The notes beneath the pieces were generated by a model. It was not told the origin of the DNA. It searched no databases and was given only the letters and a program-made list of their open reading frames with translations. A stretch of DNA of 64,000 nucleotides from a virus: positions 1-64,000 of the IMG/VR virus record IMGVR_UViG_3300036770_008700; one strand, given 5' to 3'. Position numbers and translations under genes: made by a program. Every line of letters starts with the position of its first letter. The stretch's first letter is position 1. Below, in pieces: positions 10,537 to 19,834 of this stretch.

Positions 10537-11133
10537 TTAAGAGTTGGTTTCGGGTTTAACAAGTTCTTTGTTTTTCAAAACATAACCCTCAACTCTTCCT
10601 ATGTTTTTATAGTCAAATCCTTTAAGGATTGCCACTTTCTGCACACCAAATGCTCCTTTTTTGGTTTGATAACACACTTGACCAATGATTTCTGTAAACA
10701 ATGCTGGCCAAGTTGATGGTGGAAACATTTTTATGTGAGTGTTATATGCACTTAACTCACCTTTGCGTGTAAAAGGTTGCTTGGTTATTACGTGTGTAAA
10801 CCAATCGTGAACAGCTCTAAATTTCCAGTTCTCTTCTTGAGAAAAAAACGGATGCTCAGAAAAATCTTTCATAACCTTTAACGTCTTTGTTTCCTTTATC
10901 TCTTCTCGCATTTGTTCCGCTGTTTGATAAGGATCGCCATCAACAAACTCAACCTTGACTTTCGATTCAATAATGTTGAAAAACTTGTTCACAGAATCAC
11001 GCATGGCAGAAAAAGATTTTATCGCCTCGGGATCGTTATCAGGTGCATTCTCATAAGCCTCTGCAACCAAATCACAATACAAATCCCAGTTCACAAGCTC
11101 TAGCTTCTCAAACAATATCTCACTTAACTTCAT
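10537..11133 (-). CDS. putative metal-binding (HDxxxH) protein with MKLSEILFE leader
   Basis: FRAVHDWFTH...GELSAY...ALFTEIIGQ motif. Confidence 0.5.
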   Translation of the reverse strand: MKLSEILFEKLELVNWDLYCDLVAEAYENAPDNDPEAIKSFSAMRDSVNKFFNIIESKVKVEFVDGDPYQTAEQMREEIKETKTLKVMKDFSEHPFFSQEENWKFRAVHDWFTHVITKQPFTRKGELSAYNTHIKMFPPSTWPALFTEIIGQVCYQTKKGAFGVQKVAILKGFDYKNIGRVEGYVLKNKELVKPETNS

Positions 11134-11141
11134 TGTGTCTT

Positions 11142-11546
11142 CTAACCCTCCAATACCTTAACTATCAATTCTCTCATACCATCAATCATATCATATCCAT
11201 CCATATCACCAACACCAACCATCTCCCAATCACTATGCTCACCATAATCTAAACTAATACACTCTTCTGGAGCAGTTGGTAACTCACCCACAAACCATGT
11301 TATACGCCCGTTCTGTGACAACTTCCTAACTCCTATAGGTCTTACCCCTATCTCCTCCTCACACTCCCTTAAAACAGCTTCCAACGCCGTTTCACCACTA
11401 TCTATACCACCACCAGGAAATCCCCACTTCAATGGATTAGAACCACCAGCAGTCCTCTTCAAAATTAATACCTTGTTGTCATATATTAAAACGGCAAGAG
11501 ATACCTTCCGCATATCACTCTCAAACAATATATCAAATAATTTCAT
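11142..11546 (-). CDS. Nudix hydrolase with MKLFDILFE leader
   Basis: Nudix box GGGIDSGETALEAVLRECEEEIG. Confidence 0.9.
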   Translation of the reverse strand: MKLFDILFESDMRKVSLAVLIYDNKVLILKRTAGGSNPLKWGFPGGGIDSGETALEAVLRECEEEIGVRPIGVRKLSQNGRITWFVGELPTAPEECISLDYGEHSDWEMVGVGDMDGYDMIDGMRELIVKVLEG

Positions 11547-11567
11547 AACAAAAACTAATTAGACTTC
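11547..11567. promoter_or_regulatory. palindromic CTAATTAG putative late-promoter box shared by divergent genes
   Basis: Only 21 bp separate the two divergent ATGs; matches the TANWTA motif seen before other late-type genes. Confidence 0.45.
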
Positions 11568-12422
11568 ATGAAACTTTATAAACTACTCTTTGAAAACGTT
11601 AACGAAGATGATACCCTTAAAGCAATCCTTGATATGCTTAAATCAAACACAAGCACAGCAAAATACCTTAAAACATTTATAGACCATCCATTACTAGCAT
11701 CAGTTTCCAATACCTCAAACAAAGGTATGGCTTTAGCCAAATATTTCTACACTCAAACCAAAGACGAATGGGACAAAATCCTAAAAAATGCAACAAGCAT
11801 TCAACACTTAGGAGGTGGTTCAAAAGGTAATGCCTTCAATGTCGAAACCGAGGATAAAAACTATATCCTTAAACTAGAACTTGAAACTCCTTGGGATACA
11901 AGATTCTCCGCTAAAAAACGTGCAACAACAGCTAGTACAGCATTGTTCGGTGAACCAAAACCAAAAACTTCAACCCCAACCCCAACCCCAACCGATTTAA
12001 AAACAGTTCGTGAAAACAAAGATGCAAGTATCGGAAAAGCCGTGCCAATGATATATGACCAAGGAACCATGAGATTTCCAAACATAGAAGGTGGACAGGA
12101 AATATCATGGACACTAATGGAAAAGTTCGAAATCCCAACCCAAAAAGATCAAGATAAACTCAATGACTTGTTAGACGAAATAAGCGACGAATTATATGCT
12201 GGAATGTCATTAGAATACGTTAAAGACTTAGACAATTATTCAGATAATCTAAAACGTGATGTTAAAAAACTAAGCTCCTCACTAAGACTTAAAGATAACT
12301 GGTTCGAAGAACTTGTTACCCATATGTGGAACCTACAACAAAAAGGTATCACAGACTTTCATGCAGGTAATATCGGTGTGCGTAGATCTGGTGGAGAAGG
12401 TACGTTGGTTTTCTTTGACTGA
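11568..12422 (+). CDS. protein kinase-like fold protein with MKLYKLLFE leader
   Basis: Gly loop LGGGSKGNAF, ILK, DFHAGNIG catalytic loop, terminal FFD. Confidence 0.7.
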   Translation: MKLYKLLFENVNEDDTLKAILDMLKSNTSTAKYLKTFIDHPLLASVSNTSNKGMALAKYFYTQTKDEWDKILKNATSIQHLGGGSKGNAFNVETEDKNYILKLELETPWDTRFSAKKRATTASTALFGEPKPKTSTPTPTPTDLKTVRENKDASIGKAVPMIYDQGTMRFPNIEGGQEISWTLMEKFEIPTQKDQDKLNDLLDEISDELYAGMSLEYVKDLDNYSDNLKRDVKKLSSSLRLKDNWFEELVTHMWNLQQKGITDFHAGNIGVRRSGGEGTLVFFD

Positions 12423-12438
12423 AATACATCCACAAGGT

Positions 12439-13686
12439 CTAATTGAATAAAATCGTTGAAAGATAAACGTGTTTTGATTCTCCCATCAAAAAATCCGCTG
12501 CCTTTTCTAACACTTCATCACTTGGTTCTTCATCACTTGTTTCCTTCATTTGTTTTTTAACAGCATCAACCAAGATCTTTAAAAGCTGCTTAACAACATC
12601 TTTTGCTGCCCCAGCATCTCCACCAGCAGCACGAATAAGCATCTCTGCATTAGAACCTTTTATCAAACCAACAATCGCCCCTGTAATCGAATCAAAGTTT
12701 TTAACCAACAAAGCTATAAAACTACTTTTGATTTCCAACAAAAACTCCTTGTATTCACGAAACAAACTTATTTTACCAGCAGCTTTTGCCGCTCCGTGTT
12801 TGATCGTGTTAACAATCTGCTGAACGAAATCAACAAGCACTTCAAAACTTAAACCACCAGAAGCTTGAGCCAAAGGTATCATCAACGTTATACCAACCGC
12901 TTCCATTGAAGCAGAGTTAAACGGAAACAAGGTTTCTACGATTTGTTGTTTTATCTTGTCGGATAGTAAATCTGTTATTGTTTTAAATGCATTTTCCACC
13001 AAGTTCGCCACGGTTTCTCTTGGATTCCCTCCAGAATCTTCACCTCCACCAGCAACAAGATTAGCGCCTTTTATAGCCGCACCAACAATGCCTTCCTTTA
13101 CTTGCTGCTGCGGTTGATTCGTTTGTGCAGGTTCTAAACCAGTGTTTATACCAGCTTGCTTGCAAGCTGTAACAATCTGATTGTATAAATTCACGTTCTT
13201 TGGATAAATCACCTTGAGAATCAAATTTAATACGTTTGCAACAAGTTGGGCCTTGCCATTCTCAATAAACTGCTTTGCCTTGTCAACACAATCAGTCATC
13301 CACTTATAAGCATTCCCAGCAAGTGAACTGATAAACTCCCAAATCTTTTTCCCAGCTTCACCAAGTTTACTTAAACCAACAAGAAAACTACCAGGAACAA
13401 GATTGCCAGCAATGTTCTTTATCCCATCTAAAAAACCTTTTGTTTTCTCTTTCGCTGAATTCCACCAACTCTTAACCGTAGAAGCTAATCCCTCAAACAA
13501 TAACAAATTACGATGCTCAGAAATAAAAGCTTTGCGATACCTTTTGTTGCAATAAAATTTTATCGCAATCCATTCCCGCTCCGCTAGTTTTTCATCAATC
13601 ATCATGGTCTTTTCATTAATGTCTTCTGGAGGATGCCTTGTCATGTTATAGCTAGATTCAGAAATCAATCTCTTTGATAACTTCAT
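12439..13686 (-). CDS. helical putative virion/ejection protein with MKLSKRLISE leader
   Basis: Likely start is ATG 13686; Ala/Gly-rich amphipathic helices; C-terminus YLSTILFN echoes the leader. Confidence 0.55.
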   Translation of the reverse strand: MKLSKRLISESSYNMTRHPPEDINEKTMMIDEKLAEREWIAIKFYCNKRYRKAFISEHRNLLLFEGLASTVKSWWNSAKEKTKGFLDGIKNIAGNLVPGSFLVGLSKLGEAGKKIWEFISSLAGNAYKWMTDCVDKAKQFIENGKAQLVANVLNLILKVIYPKNVNLYNQIVTACKQAGINTGLEPAQTNQPQQQVKEGIVGAAIKGANLVAGGGEDSGGNPRETVANLVENAFKTITDLLSDKIKQQIVETLFPFNSASMEAVGITLMIPLAQASGGLSFEVLVDFVQQIVNTIKHGAAKAAGKISLFREYKEFLLEIKSSFIALLVKNFDSITGAIVGLIKGSNAEMLIRAAGGDAGAAKDVVKQLLKILVDAVKKQMKETSDEEPSDEVLEKAADFLMGESKHVYLSTILFN

Positions 13687-13790
13687 AAAGGTTAAATACA
13701 AAAGTTTCTCAAACATAAACAAAACTTCTAAGAAAAAACCTTTTGCGGAATACGGAAATCTAGCCCCTTCTGCTATGCTGAAACCACTCA
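13687..13790 (-). repeat. duplicated upstream element, copy 1
   Basis: cttcataaaggttaaatacaaaagttt...aaaacttc..agaaaaaaccttttgcg...atctagccccttctgct..gctgaaacc recurs at 14726-14855. Confidence 0.8.
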
Positions 13791-13796
13791 AATAAT

Positions 13797-14315
13797 TTAT
13801 AAACCTTCAGCGTTGTACTCCACCCCAGTTTCGTCAAACTCTTCTGCCTTCTCAACAACATCATCAACAAACTCAACATCATACCCATTCTGCTCCATAA
13901 ACCCAACAGCATCCGTTATCTGATCTTGCTTTATCGGTTCTTTGGGGCTAGAACTAACATACTCGTTACTATCTTCCAAATATCTAAAATCATCGCCGTC
14001 AAACACACTTAACCAAGCTTTATGGCTTCTTATCGCACGTTCATCTGATTTGTTGAAATACAACGTGTTATCTGTCCATATACGACTTACCTCTCTTGGT
14101 GCCATATATGGAACAACATCTCTCTTGTCTCCAACAGCAAACAATACTTTGCTTTTATGCATTCCTTCTGGAACTTCTTCATCCTCTCCAGCTAAACCAG
14201 ATTCAATCCAATCTGGAGAATGATGATAAGTTCTTAATGAACCACCAAAACTCTTGATCTTGTCAGAGTCCAAACGGTATACATCACTCTCAAACAATAT
14301 CTTTGATAGTTTCAT
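13797..14315 (-). CDS. acidic hypothetical protein with MKLSKILFE leader
   Basis: ATG at 14315 overlaps the upstream stop (ATGA). Confidence 0.7.
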   Translation of the reverse strand: MKLSKILFESDVYRLDSDKIKSFGGSLRTYHHSPDWIESGLAGEDEEVPEGMHKSKVLFAVGDKRDVVPYMAPREVSRIWTDNTLYFNKSDERAIRSHKAWLSVFDGDDFRYLEDSNEYVSSSPKEPIKQDQITDAVGFMEQNGYDVEFVDDVVEKAEEFDETGVEYNAEGL

Positions 14316-14725
14316 TTTGCCTTGTACCTCAACTCCCATACTTCTAAAGGAATCTTCTTGTAGTTAGCATATGTAACTCTTCCCCTGCCATCTCCAACCA
14401 TAGAAAAGTTATCTCCAGTAACCACAACAATAGGAGGTGGAGTGTTCCCCCATGTGTCCGATAACTTCTTCCATCTCTCCCCACGAAATGACTTTAACTC
14501 ATCTTCGTCTTCAACATCTTCCATCCATGAATCAATGTCATCGTACTGCTTTAAATCATCCACAGAAAGCATACCAAGATAGTTTAACTCGAAATCTGAA
14601 CGTGAGGTATCATCACTGAACTCTTCTGGATATGTTTCCATAGCCGTTTCTATCGCATCATCTACATCCGAAACTTTAGGTGGCCTCTGTGATTCTACCT
14701 CAAACAATATCTTTGATAACTTCAT
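14312..14725 (-). CDS. ParB/Srx-like domain protein with MKLSKILFE leader
   Basis: PPIVV...VGDGRGR motif; likely start ATG 14725. Confidence 0.6.
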   Translation of the reverse strand: MKLSKILFEVESQRPPKVSDVDDAIETAMETYPEEFSDDTSRSDFELNYLGMLSVDDLKQYDDIDSWMEDVEDEDELKSFRGERWKKLSDTWGNTPPPIVVVTGDNFSMVGDGRGRVTYANYKKIPLEVWELRYKAK

Positions 14726-14855
14726 AAAGGTTAAATACAAAAAGTTTCCCAAGAAATTTTTTCCCCAAAAAAATTTTTGAACCACAAACAAAACTTCCAA
14801 GAAAAAAACCTTTTGCGAGTTGCGGGGATCTAGCCCCTTCTGCTGCTGAAACCCC
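14726..14855 (-). repeat. duplicated upstream element, copy 2
   Basis: Matches 13687-13790 with an extra A/T-tract insertion. Confidence 0.8.
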
Positions 14856-15012
14856 TGCATATCATGTCCGGCCTACCCCCGGATAAACACCCGTGGCTCA
14901 AAGCCCAGCCCCCCTACCCCCCTGCTTAGAAGGCATATGAGGGGGGTCAGGATATGACACTCAACATGGGTAGGGGTGTGGTGAAGGTAATATATATGGA
15001 AAGGAGTCATAT

Positions 15013-15453
15013 ATGAAAAAGTGTTATCGATGCTGTCTGGAGTTGGTGGAAGAAGAGTTTCCTATGCGTCGAGGAAGCCGCATAGGTGTATGTAGAGATT
15101 GCTATAAGGCACATTATGGTGATCCTGATCAGCTTGATCGTGCATATAGTGAGAAGGTTAGAAACACAAATCATAAAAGAAAAGAAAGATGTCGTTCATA
15201 TCTTTATGATATTTTGCTTAAATCTAGTTGCGTCGATTGTGGTTTATCTGATCCGATTGTATTAGAGTTTGATCATAGAAATCCAGAGGAAAAATACCGA
15301 GACGTATCTTTGCTGGTGCAGCAAGGATCAATCGAGTTATTAAAAACAGAGGTGAGTAAATGTGATATTGTATGTGCCAACTGTCACCGGCGTCGAACAG
15401 TTAAAGCACATACGCATTGGAGAGTTCGCTTCACCGATACATTACCGGTTTAA
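15013..15453 (+). CDS. HNH endonuclease
   Basis: CVDCG...LEFDHR...KCDIVCANCHRRRT; AGGAG RBS. Confidence 0.85.
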   Translation: MKKCYRCCLELVEEEFPMRRGSRIGVCRDCYKAHYGDPDQLDRAYSEKVRNTNHKRKERCRSYLYDILLKSSCVDCGLSDPIVLEFDHRNPEEKYRDVSLLVQQGSIELLKTEVSKCDIVCANCHRRRTVKAHTHWRVRFTDTLPV

Positions 15454-15643
15454 TCACAAAAGGATGGATAGGTGGCAACCAAACACTTATAGCCCTCGGG
15501 CATATACATCCTTTGGGCTTACTTTGATGGTGGGCCTAATCCACCCTAAACTGGTTTGATCTCTTTCTATCTCTCGTCACTCATATCTAGCATTAAGCGC
15601 CGTTAGTCCTTAGAGAGAAACAAAGCTATCACTGGATAAGTAG

Positions 15644-15970
15644 TTAACCGTTATAGATTCTTAACAAGAAAAGCTTGCCAGTGCTAATCCCAGAATAATG
15701 CATGTCACCAATAATAGGATTTTCTACCATGGTTAGAACCTTAATGGATTCACAGCCAGTTGTTTTCAGAAACACAACATAGTCTCCACATTTAACTCTG
15801 TGCGCTTCTGTCCACCACATACCATCATGAGTTTCCAACAATGTGTAAGATCTAGGAAACGATTCTGAAATATTGTGATCACATTTGGAGCAACGTTCGA
15901 TATCGTTTCCTCGCATATTGCACCGCCAACGATAAACTTTGCCGGTCTTAAGTTTGTCACGCTTCAACAT
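15644..15970 (-). CDS. GKLY-family paralogue (Cys-rich RWRC subfamily)
   Basis: GKVYRWRC...CGDYVVFL...IKVLT. Confidence 0.7.
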   Translation of the reverse strand: MLKRDKLKTGKVYRWRCNMRGNDIERCSKCDHNISESFPRSYTLLETHDGMWWTEAHRVKCGDYVVFLKTTGCESIKVLTMVENPIIGDMHYSGISTGKLFLLRIYNG

Positions 15971-16287
15971 ACGTTAGAACTTTCTGAAGAGTGAGCCAGA
16001 AGAAGTTTACCATCTTTAGATGATGATTCATAGTACATCTTTCCAACACAAGGATCAGCTGTCATGGTTAATACAATAATGGATTCATTGTGGATTGGTG
16101 AGATAGGAATAACGTAGTCTCCACAATATACAACGTCTTCATCATTGATTCCTGTTTGGAGAACAATGTAATTTGACCAGTCTGGTATTGTTATATCACA
16201 TCCACAATGATTGAGATTATTATTCGTCAGGCCACACCGCCACCGATATATCTTTCCATAAGCAAGTGTGTCACGAATCTTATTCAT
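15964..16287 (-). CDS. GKLY-family paralogue (RWRC subfamily)
   Basis: GKIYRWRC...CGDYVIP...IIVLT. Confidence 0.7.
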   Translation of the reverse strand: MNKIRDTLAYGKIYRWRCGLTNNNLNHCGCDITIPDWSNYIVLQTGINDEDVVYCGDYVIPISPIHNESIIVLTMTADPCVGKMYYESSSKDGKLLLAHSSESSNVC

Positions 16288-16585
16288 GGTCCATGAACAG
16301 TTTTATATCATCAGACGACATAATACCAACAACAGGGTCATCATTCATTGTTAATACCCTTATTCCTACAGTTCCGTATTTAGCTAAGGGAACAATGAAA
16401 TCGCCGCAATAAATACTGTCTACCGCTCTCATCATACCTGATGGGAGTGCTTTACCTAAAACACAGTAATCCTTCCAATTATACCTTTCTTTATCACAAG
16501 CACAATCGTTATAGGAATTGTTTGTTTTACCACACCGCCAACGATATATCTTTCCATAAAGAAGTGATTCATGTTTCTTATTCAT
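16280..16585 (-). CDS. GKLY-family paralogue (RWRC subfamily)
   Basis: GKIYRWRC...CGDFIVP...IRVLT. Confidence 0.7.
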   Translation of the reverse strand: MNKKHESLLYGKIYRWRCGKTNNSYNDCACDKERYNWKDYCVLGKALPSGMMRAVDSIYCGDFIVPLAKYGTVGIRVLTMNDDPVVGIMSSDDIKLFMDHE

Positions 16586-16626
16586 GTGATATCACCATAT
16601 AGGAAAGATTCTTGTGATTATATCTC

Positions 16627-16959
16627 TCAATCAAATTCGATACTTACACGAACATGCTTGTGTGCATTCCATGGATTGTCAAACCATTCTCCAGCATCAT
16701 TCTCGTTGCTTGCTGGATAATCATAACATGCATCGATTACAATGAAACTTGAACGTTCAAGACTCCTCAGAAAGCTATACAACTCGCCAACATCAGTGTT
16801 GTGTGATGGATACCATTTCACATCTTCTATGTTGTATGCGGTACCTTCTGCATTCTCCAGAACCTCTGCTTCGAAACTGGTAACCAGCATCTCAGAGATA
16901 TGCTGTGGAAGCTTCACGCCAACTTTGTGAGCAAAGAATACATGAGAGCGACTTGACAT
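16627..16959 (-). CDS. hypothetical protein
   Basis: 110-aa ORF co-oriented with neighbours. Confidence 0.65.
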   Translation of the reverse strand: MSSRSHVFFAHKVGVKLPQHISEMLVTSFEAEVLENAEGTAYNIEDVKWYPSHNTDVGELYSFLRSLERSSFIVIDACYDYPASNENDAGEWFDNPWNAHKHVRVSIEFD

Positions 16960-17075
16960 TGGATTACCTGATTTTGTTTTGTTGTTTGTCGGAGACTGAG
17001 CGTTATTCCTTCAGTATGCGCTCCCCACTGTTAGTCTCATGGGCCACAGTCCCGGCCCACAGACCGCAAGACCAA

Positions 17076-17966
17076 TCACTGAGCGAACTCAATACCCTTG
17101 CTGGAAATCTCGTAAGGGAAGAACAGACCCGAAGTCCCAAATCGATTCTTCTGCATCTCGGCAACACGCTGACGATAAGTCTCAGACTTCTTATCAGTAT
17201 CCATCGCAAGGTGCAGGTGACAGTCAACAGCGTGCTTGACTTCCTGCTTACCAGCGAACGTACCATCCTTGGTAACCTGACCAATAATCATGGCAACCGT
17301 CATGTTATCCTTGCACCAAGCAGCGATATCCCACATCGCATCACACTGCTGCTGAGCAGGACCAGCAGGACGACCAGCACCCTTGCTTGCACGCTCAATC
17401 GTCTGAAGAGAATCGACGAAGAGGAAAAAACCCTTTCCAGCCGCAAGAGTGTGCTTCTTCCGAACCTTATCTGCAAAACCAATGATATCAGAGATATCGT
17501 AGAAAGAGCTAAAGTAAGCGTTATCCGACTCCAGAAGAGCGTTAAACTCCATCTTCTCAAGCTTCATCTTGATCTGAGCACCGGACTCTTCGCAAGAGTT
17601 ATACAGCACCACATGACCCTGCTCTGCAAGGCTGTTAGCAAGCTGGAGAGAGATCGTGGTCTTGCCACCACCAGGAAGACCCGTCACCATGCAGCAAGTT
17701 GAAGGACGGATACCCTCACCAGTGAAGAGAGCATCGATGTACTCCCAACCAGTCTTAAGCGTGGTACGCAGAGCATCAGGCACCTTGATATCCGAGAAAC
17801 GACCCGCTTCAACGGATTGAGCGAGACGACCAGCAGCAGCAACCTCAACGTTCTTCTTGGAATTCTTCTTCATAGTCGTGGAAACCTTCTTTGCAGTGGC
17901 ACGCTTCACAACAGCCTTGGTGGTGGTGGTGGTCTTAGCAGCAGCCTTGGTCGTCGTCTTCTTCAT
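17076..17966 (-). CDS. radA: RadA/Sms-like RecA-family ATPase with Lys/Thr/Ala-rich N-tail
   Basis: Walker A GLPGGGKT, YNSCEES, VDSLQT, GQVTKDGTFAG, HAVD, KNRFG; no Zn finger or Lon domain. Confidence 0.85.
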   Translation of the reverse strand: MKKTTTKAAAKTTTTTKAVVKRATAKKVSTTMKKNSKKNVEVAAAGRLAQSVEAGRFSDIKVPDALRTTLKTGWEYIDALFTGEGIRPSTCCMVTGLPGGGKTTISLQLANSLAEQGHVVLYNSCEESGAQIKMKLEKMEFNALLESDNAYFSSFYDISDIIGFADKVRKKHTLAAGKGFFLFVDSLQTIERASKGAGRPAGPAQQQCDAMWDIAAWCKDNMTVAMIIGQVTKDGTFAGKQEVKHAVDCHLHLAMDTDKKSETYRQRVAEMQKNRFGTSGLFFPYEISSKGIEFAQ

Positions 17967-18043
17967 GTTCTAAGAATACCAAACGAGGAGGATTTTCTAA
18001 AGATTATTCTGATTTTTTTATTTCGCTGGAATTCCAGGGGTTT
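17965..18043 (-). promoter_or_regulatory. strong early promoter cassette, copy 1
   Basis: Minus strand: CTGGAATTCCAG palindrome, A-tract, TTTAGA-17bp-TATTCT with extended TG, ATG 6 nt after the -10; 79 bp matches 18825-18903 with 1 mismatch. Confidence 0.8.
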
Positions 18044-18067
18044 TCTGACGACGAGTGTTTCAGTTTT

Positions 18068-18268
18068 TCAGTCCCAATGCCAAGGATTGCCCATGTGATT
18101 GGTTCCAAACACCATATCATCATCACCAGCAACCATAAGCGCAAGCACCGCACGATCCCAACGACGACGATCACGATTGCTCTCATGCTTCAGAAGCGAA
18201 GAGCGAAAGAAATAGTTGCTCTTGAAATCTTGACGCTTCACATCGTTGCGCTGGTGGTTGATCTTCAT
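18068..18268 (-). CDS. early hypothetical protein
   Basis: Own TTTACT...TAAGGT leaderless promoter. Confidence 0.6.
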   Translation of the reverse strand: MKINHQRNDVKRQDFKSNYFFRSSLLKHESNRDRRRWDRAVLALMVAGDDDMVFGTNHMGNPWHWD

Positions 18269-18311
18269 GTTCCTACCTTATCAGAGATTGTTGGAGAAGT
18301 AAAGGTATTGT

Positions 18312-18806
18312 TCAGGAACAATCCTCGCAATCATGGGAATCGTCAACCATATCGTTCAAGTTGAAGATTTCCACAATAGTTTCCGGCAATCCTTCCAAAC
18401 CGTCGAAGGTGTATTCAATGTCGTTGTAATCCGTTACCTCGCCATTCTCAAACTCACCAGCGAAGCACATTCCACCCTCATGCCAGTACGCATGAACATC
18501 AAACCCATGATGTACAAGCTCACGGAACACACCAAGGGGAGGAGCCCATGCCGTGTCAACGTACCCACTAACGGTGTTGGCATCACCATCAAAATCGCCA
18601 CCAAAATCCCACTTTACACCCCAGTTTCCCACCCTCCAGTAAAACTCACTGTCAGAGAGAAAGCCCTGCTCGCCTTGAGGGAGCGAGGTATCTTGAGGGA
18701 AGAAAGTCTCTGCAATCTTTTCCTGCTTTGCAGCCTCGACAAACTTCTGGATCATCGCAGGGTCGTTGTGGGTGACGGTCACGTAGTTGCTGCACCAGTT
18801 CGGCAT
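18312..18806 (-). CDS. DUF1281/YubB-like ferredoxin-fold protein
   Basis: MPNWCSN...NWGVKWD...DTAWAPP motifs. Confidence 0.75.
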   Translation of the reverse strand: MPNWCSNYVTVTHNDPAMIQKFVEAAKQEKIAETFFPQDTSLPQGEQGFLSDSEFYWRVGNWGVKWDFGGDFDGDANTVSGYVDTAWAPPLGVFRELVHHGFDVHAYWHEGGMCFAGEFENGEVTDYNDIEYTFDGLEGLPETIVEIFNLNDMVDDSHDCEDCS

Positions 18807-18824
18807 TGTTCTTTCTTCCTTTCG

Positions 18825-18903
18825 ATGTTCTTAGAATACCAAACGAGGAGGATTTTCTAAAGATTATTCTGATTTTTTTATTTCGCTGGAATTCCAGGGG
18901 TTT
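18825..18903 (-). promoter_or_regulatory. strong early promoter cassette, copy 2
   Basis: Near-identical to 17965-18043. Confidence 0.8.
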
Positions 18904-18928
18904 GAGAGCTTCTGACGGCAAAGGATTA

Positions 18929-19165
18929 TTACGATCCCAAGCGAGAGCGAAGCCTCGTCAAGGTCTTTTCGTTGTAAGGCAATGCCTCCCTGCACTCATT
19001 CGGTCGCATACGCTCTTGCTCAAAACAAACAAGAGCGTCTGTTCCAAGCGTTACCCGAAAGATGCTTCGACGTTCAAACCTGAGATAAACACCATCACCA
19101 TCATAATCAAGAAGATTGTCACTCAGAAGTCCGTCCAGATATGCCTTGATTGTTTCCTTGTTCAT
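18929..19165 (-). CDS. early hypothetical protein
   Basis: TTTACT...TAAGGT promoter directly before the ATG. Confidence 0.6.
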   Translation of the reverse strand: MNKETIKAYLDGLLSDNLLDYDGDGVYLRFERRSIFRVTLGTDALVCFEQERMRPNECREALPYNEKTLTRLRSRLGS

Positions 19166-19201
19166 GTTCTTACCTTATCAGAGTGTTGGGAGTAAAGTCT
19201 T

Positions 19202-19387
19202 TTACTTGAGAAGATCCATGTCAACCTCGATGTTGGAGAGTTGCATCTCCACATCGCAGTCGTGGCACATGGGAGCCCCATTAGAAGCAATCGCTTCCGG
19301 CCCAATCCCGTGAGCCTCCGCACCACACTCGGAACAGGCGAACGTGCAGGAAACGCCGATCTCAGGGATGTTCTTCCAGCTAGCCAT
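19202..19387 (-). CDS. small Zn-ribbon protein
   Basis: CSEC...CHDC. Confidence 0.6.
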   Translation of the reverse strand: MASWKNIPEIGVSCTFACSECGAEAHGIGPEAIASNGAPMCHDCDVEMQLSNIEVDMDLLK

Positions 19388-19447
19388 CTTCTTCTCTCTC
19401 TTTCTGAATCTACTCTACCAGACGGGTTTGAGAAAGTAAAAGATTAT

Positions 19448-19693
19448 TCAAAACGACTCGAAAACGAAATCTGCGAGTCGGGAATAAGAACGGTCAAGGA
19501 TGCTCTGATGCGTGCTGGTGGTACGAGAATACTTCCTGTCGTTGTAGTAAATCTTTCCAGCTTCATGGTCTACACGGAAGATCAGAACACCATAGCTACG
19601 AACCTCGTTACCCTTCATCTCAAGGGCACCATGACGGCAAGCAAGACCATCACGCACAAAAGCAACGAACTCGTTGTCTCGGATCTTTGCCAT
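19448..19693 (-). CDS. early hypothetical protein
   Basis: SYG...KYSRTTSTHQS motif; promoter cassette upstream. Confidence 0.6.
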   Translation of the reverse strand: MAKIRDNEFVAFVRDGLACRHGALEMKGNEVRSYGVLIFRVDHEAGKIYYNDRKYSRTTSTHQSILDRSYSRLADFVFESF

Positions 19694-19834
19694 CTGTTCT
19701 TCTCTCTTTCTATACTCATAATATCACCCACCTTCGATATTCTAAAACTTATTCCTCATTTTACTCAAAACGCTGGATTTACAGGGGTTTTGAGAGCTTG
19801 GTGGGGTTTTTACTTCCATTGAAGTCAATTTATA

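Noticed and set aside
13687-14860. N-terminal extensions of ORFs 12439..13791 and 14312..14860
   Set aside because: The extensions are translations of the duplicated non-coding element; the likely starts are the MKL leaders at 13686 and 14725.
14856-15640. Group I intron, hammerhead ribozyme, tmRNA or tRNA around the HNH gene
   Set aside because: I could not find P7 (GACUA/UAGUC) pairing, a CUGAUGA/GAAA core or tRNA-like ends, and no interrupted host ORF is evident.
16905-19822. Long plus-strand ORFs (16905..17702, 18333..18860, 19241..19822)
   Set aside because: Antisense shadows of well-supported minus-strand genes with biased codon usage; no motifs or RBS.
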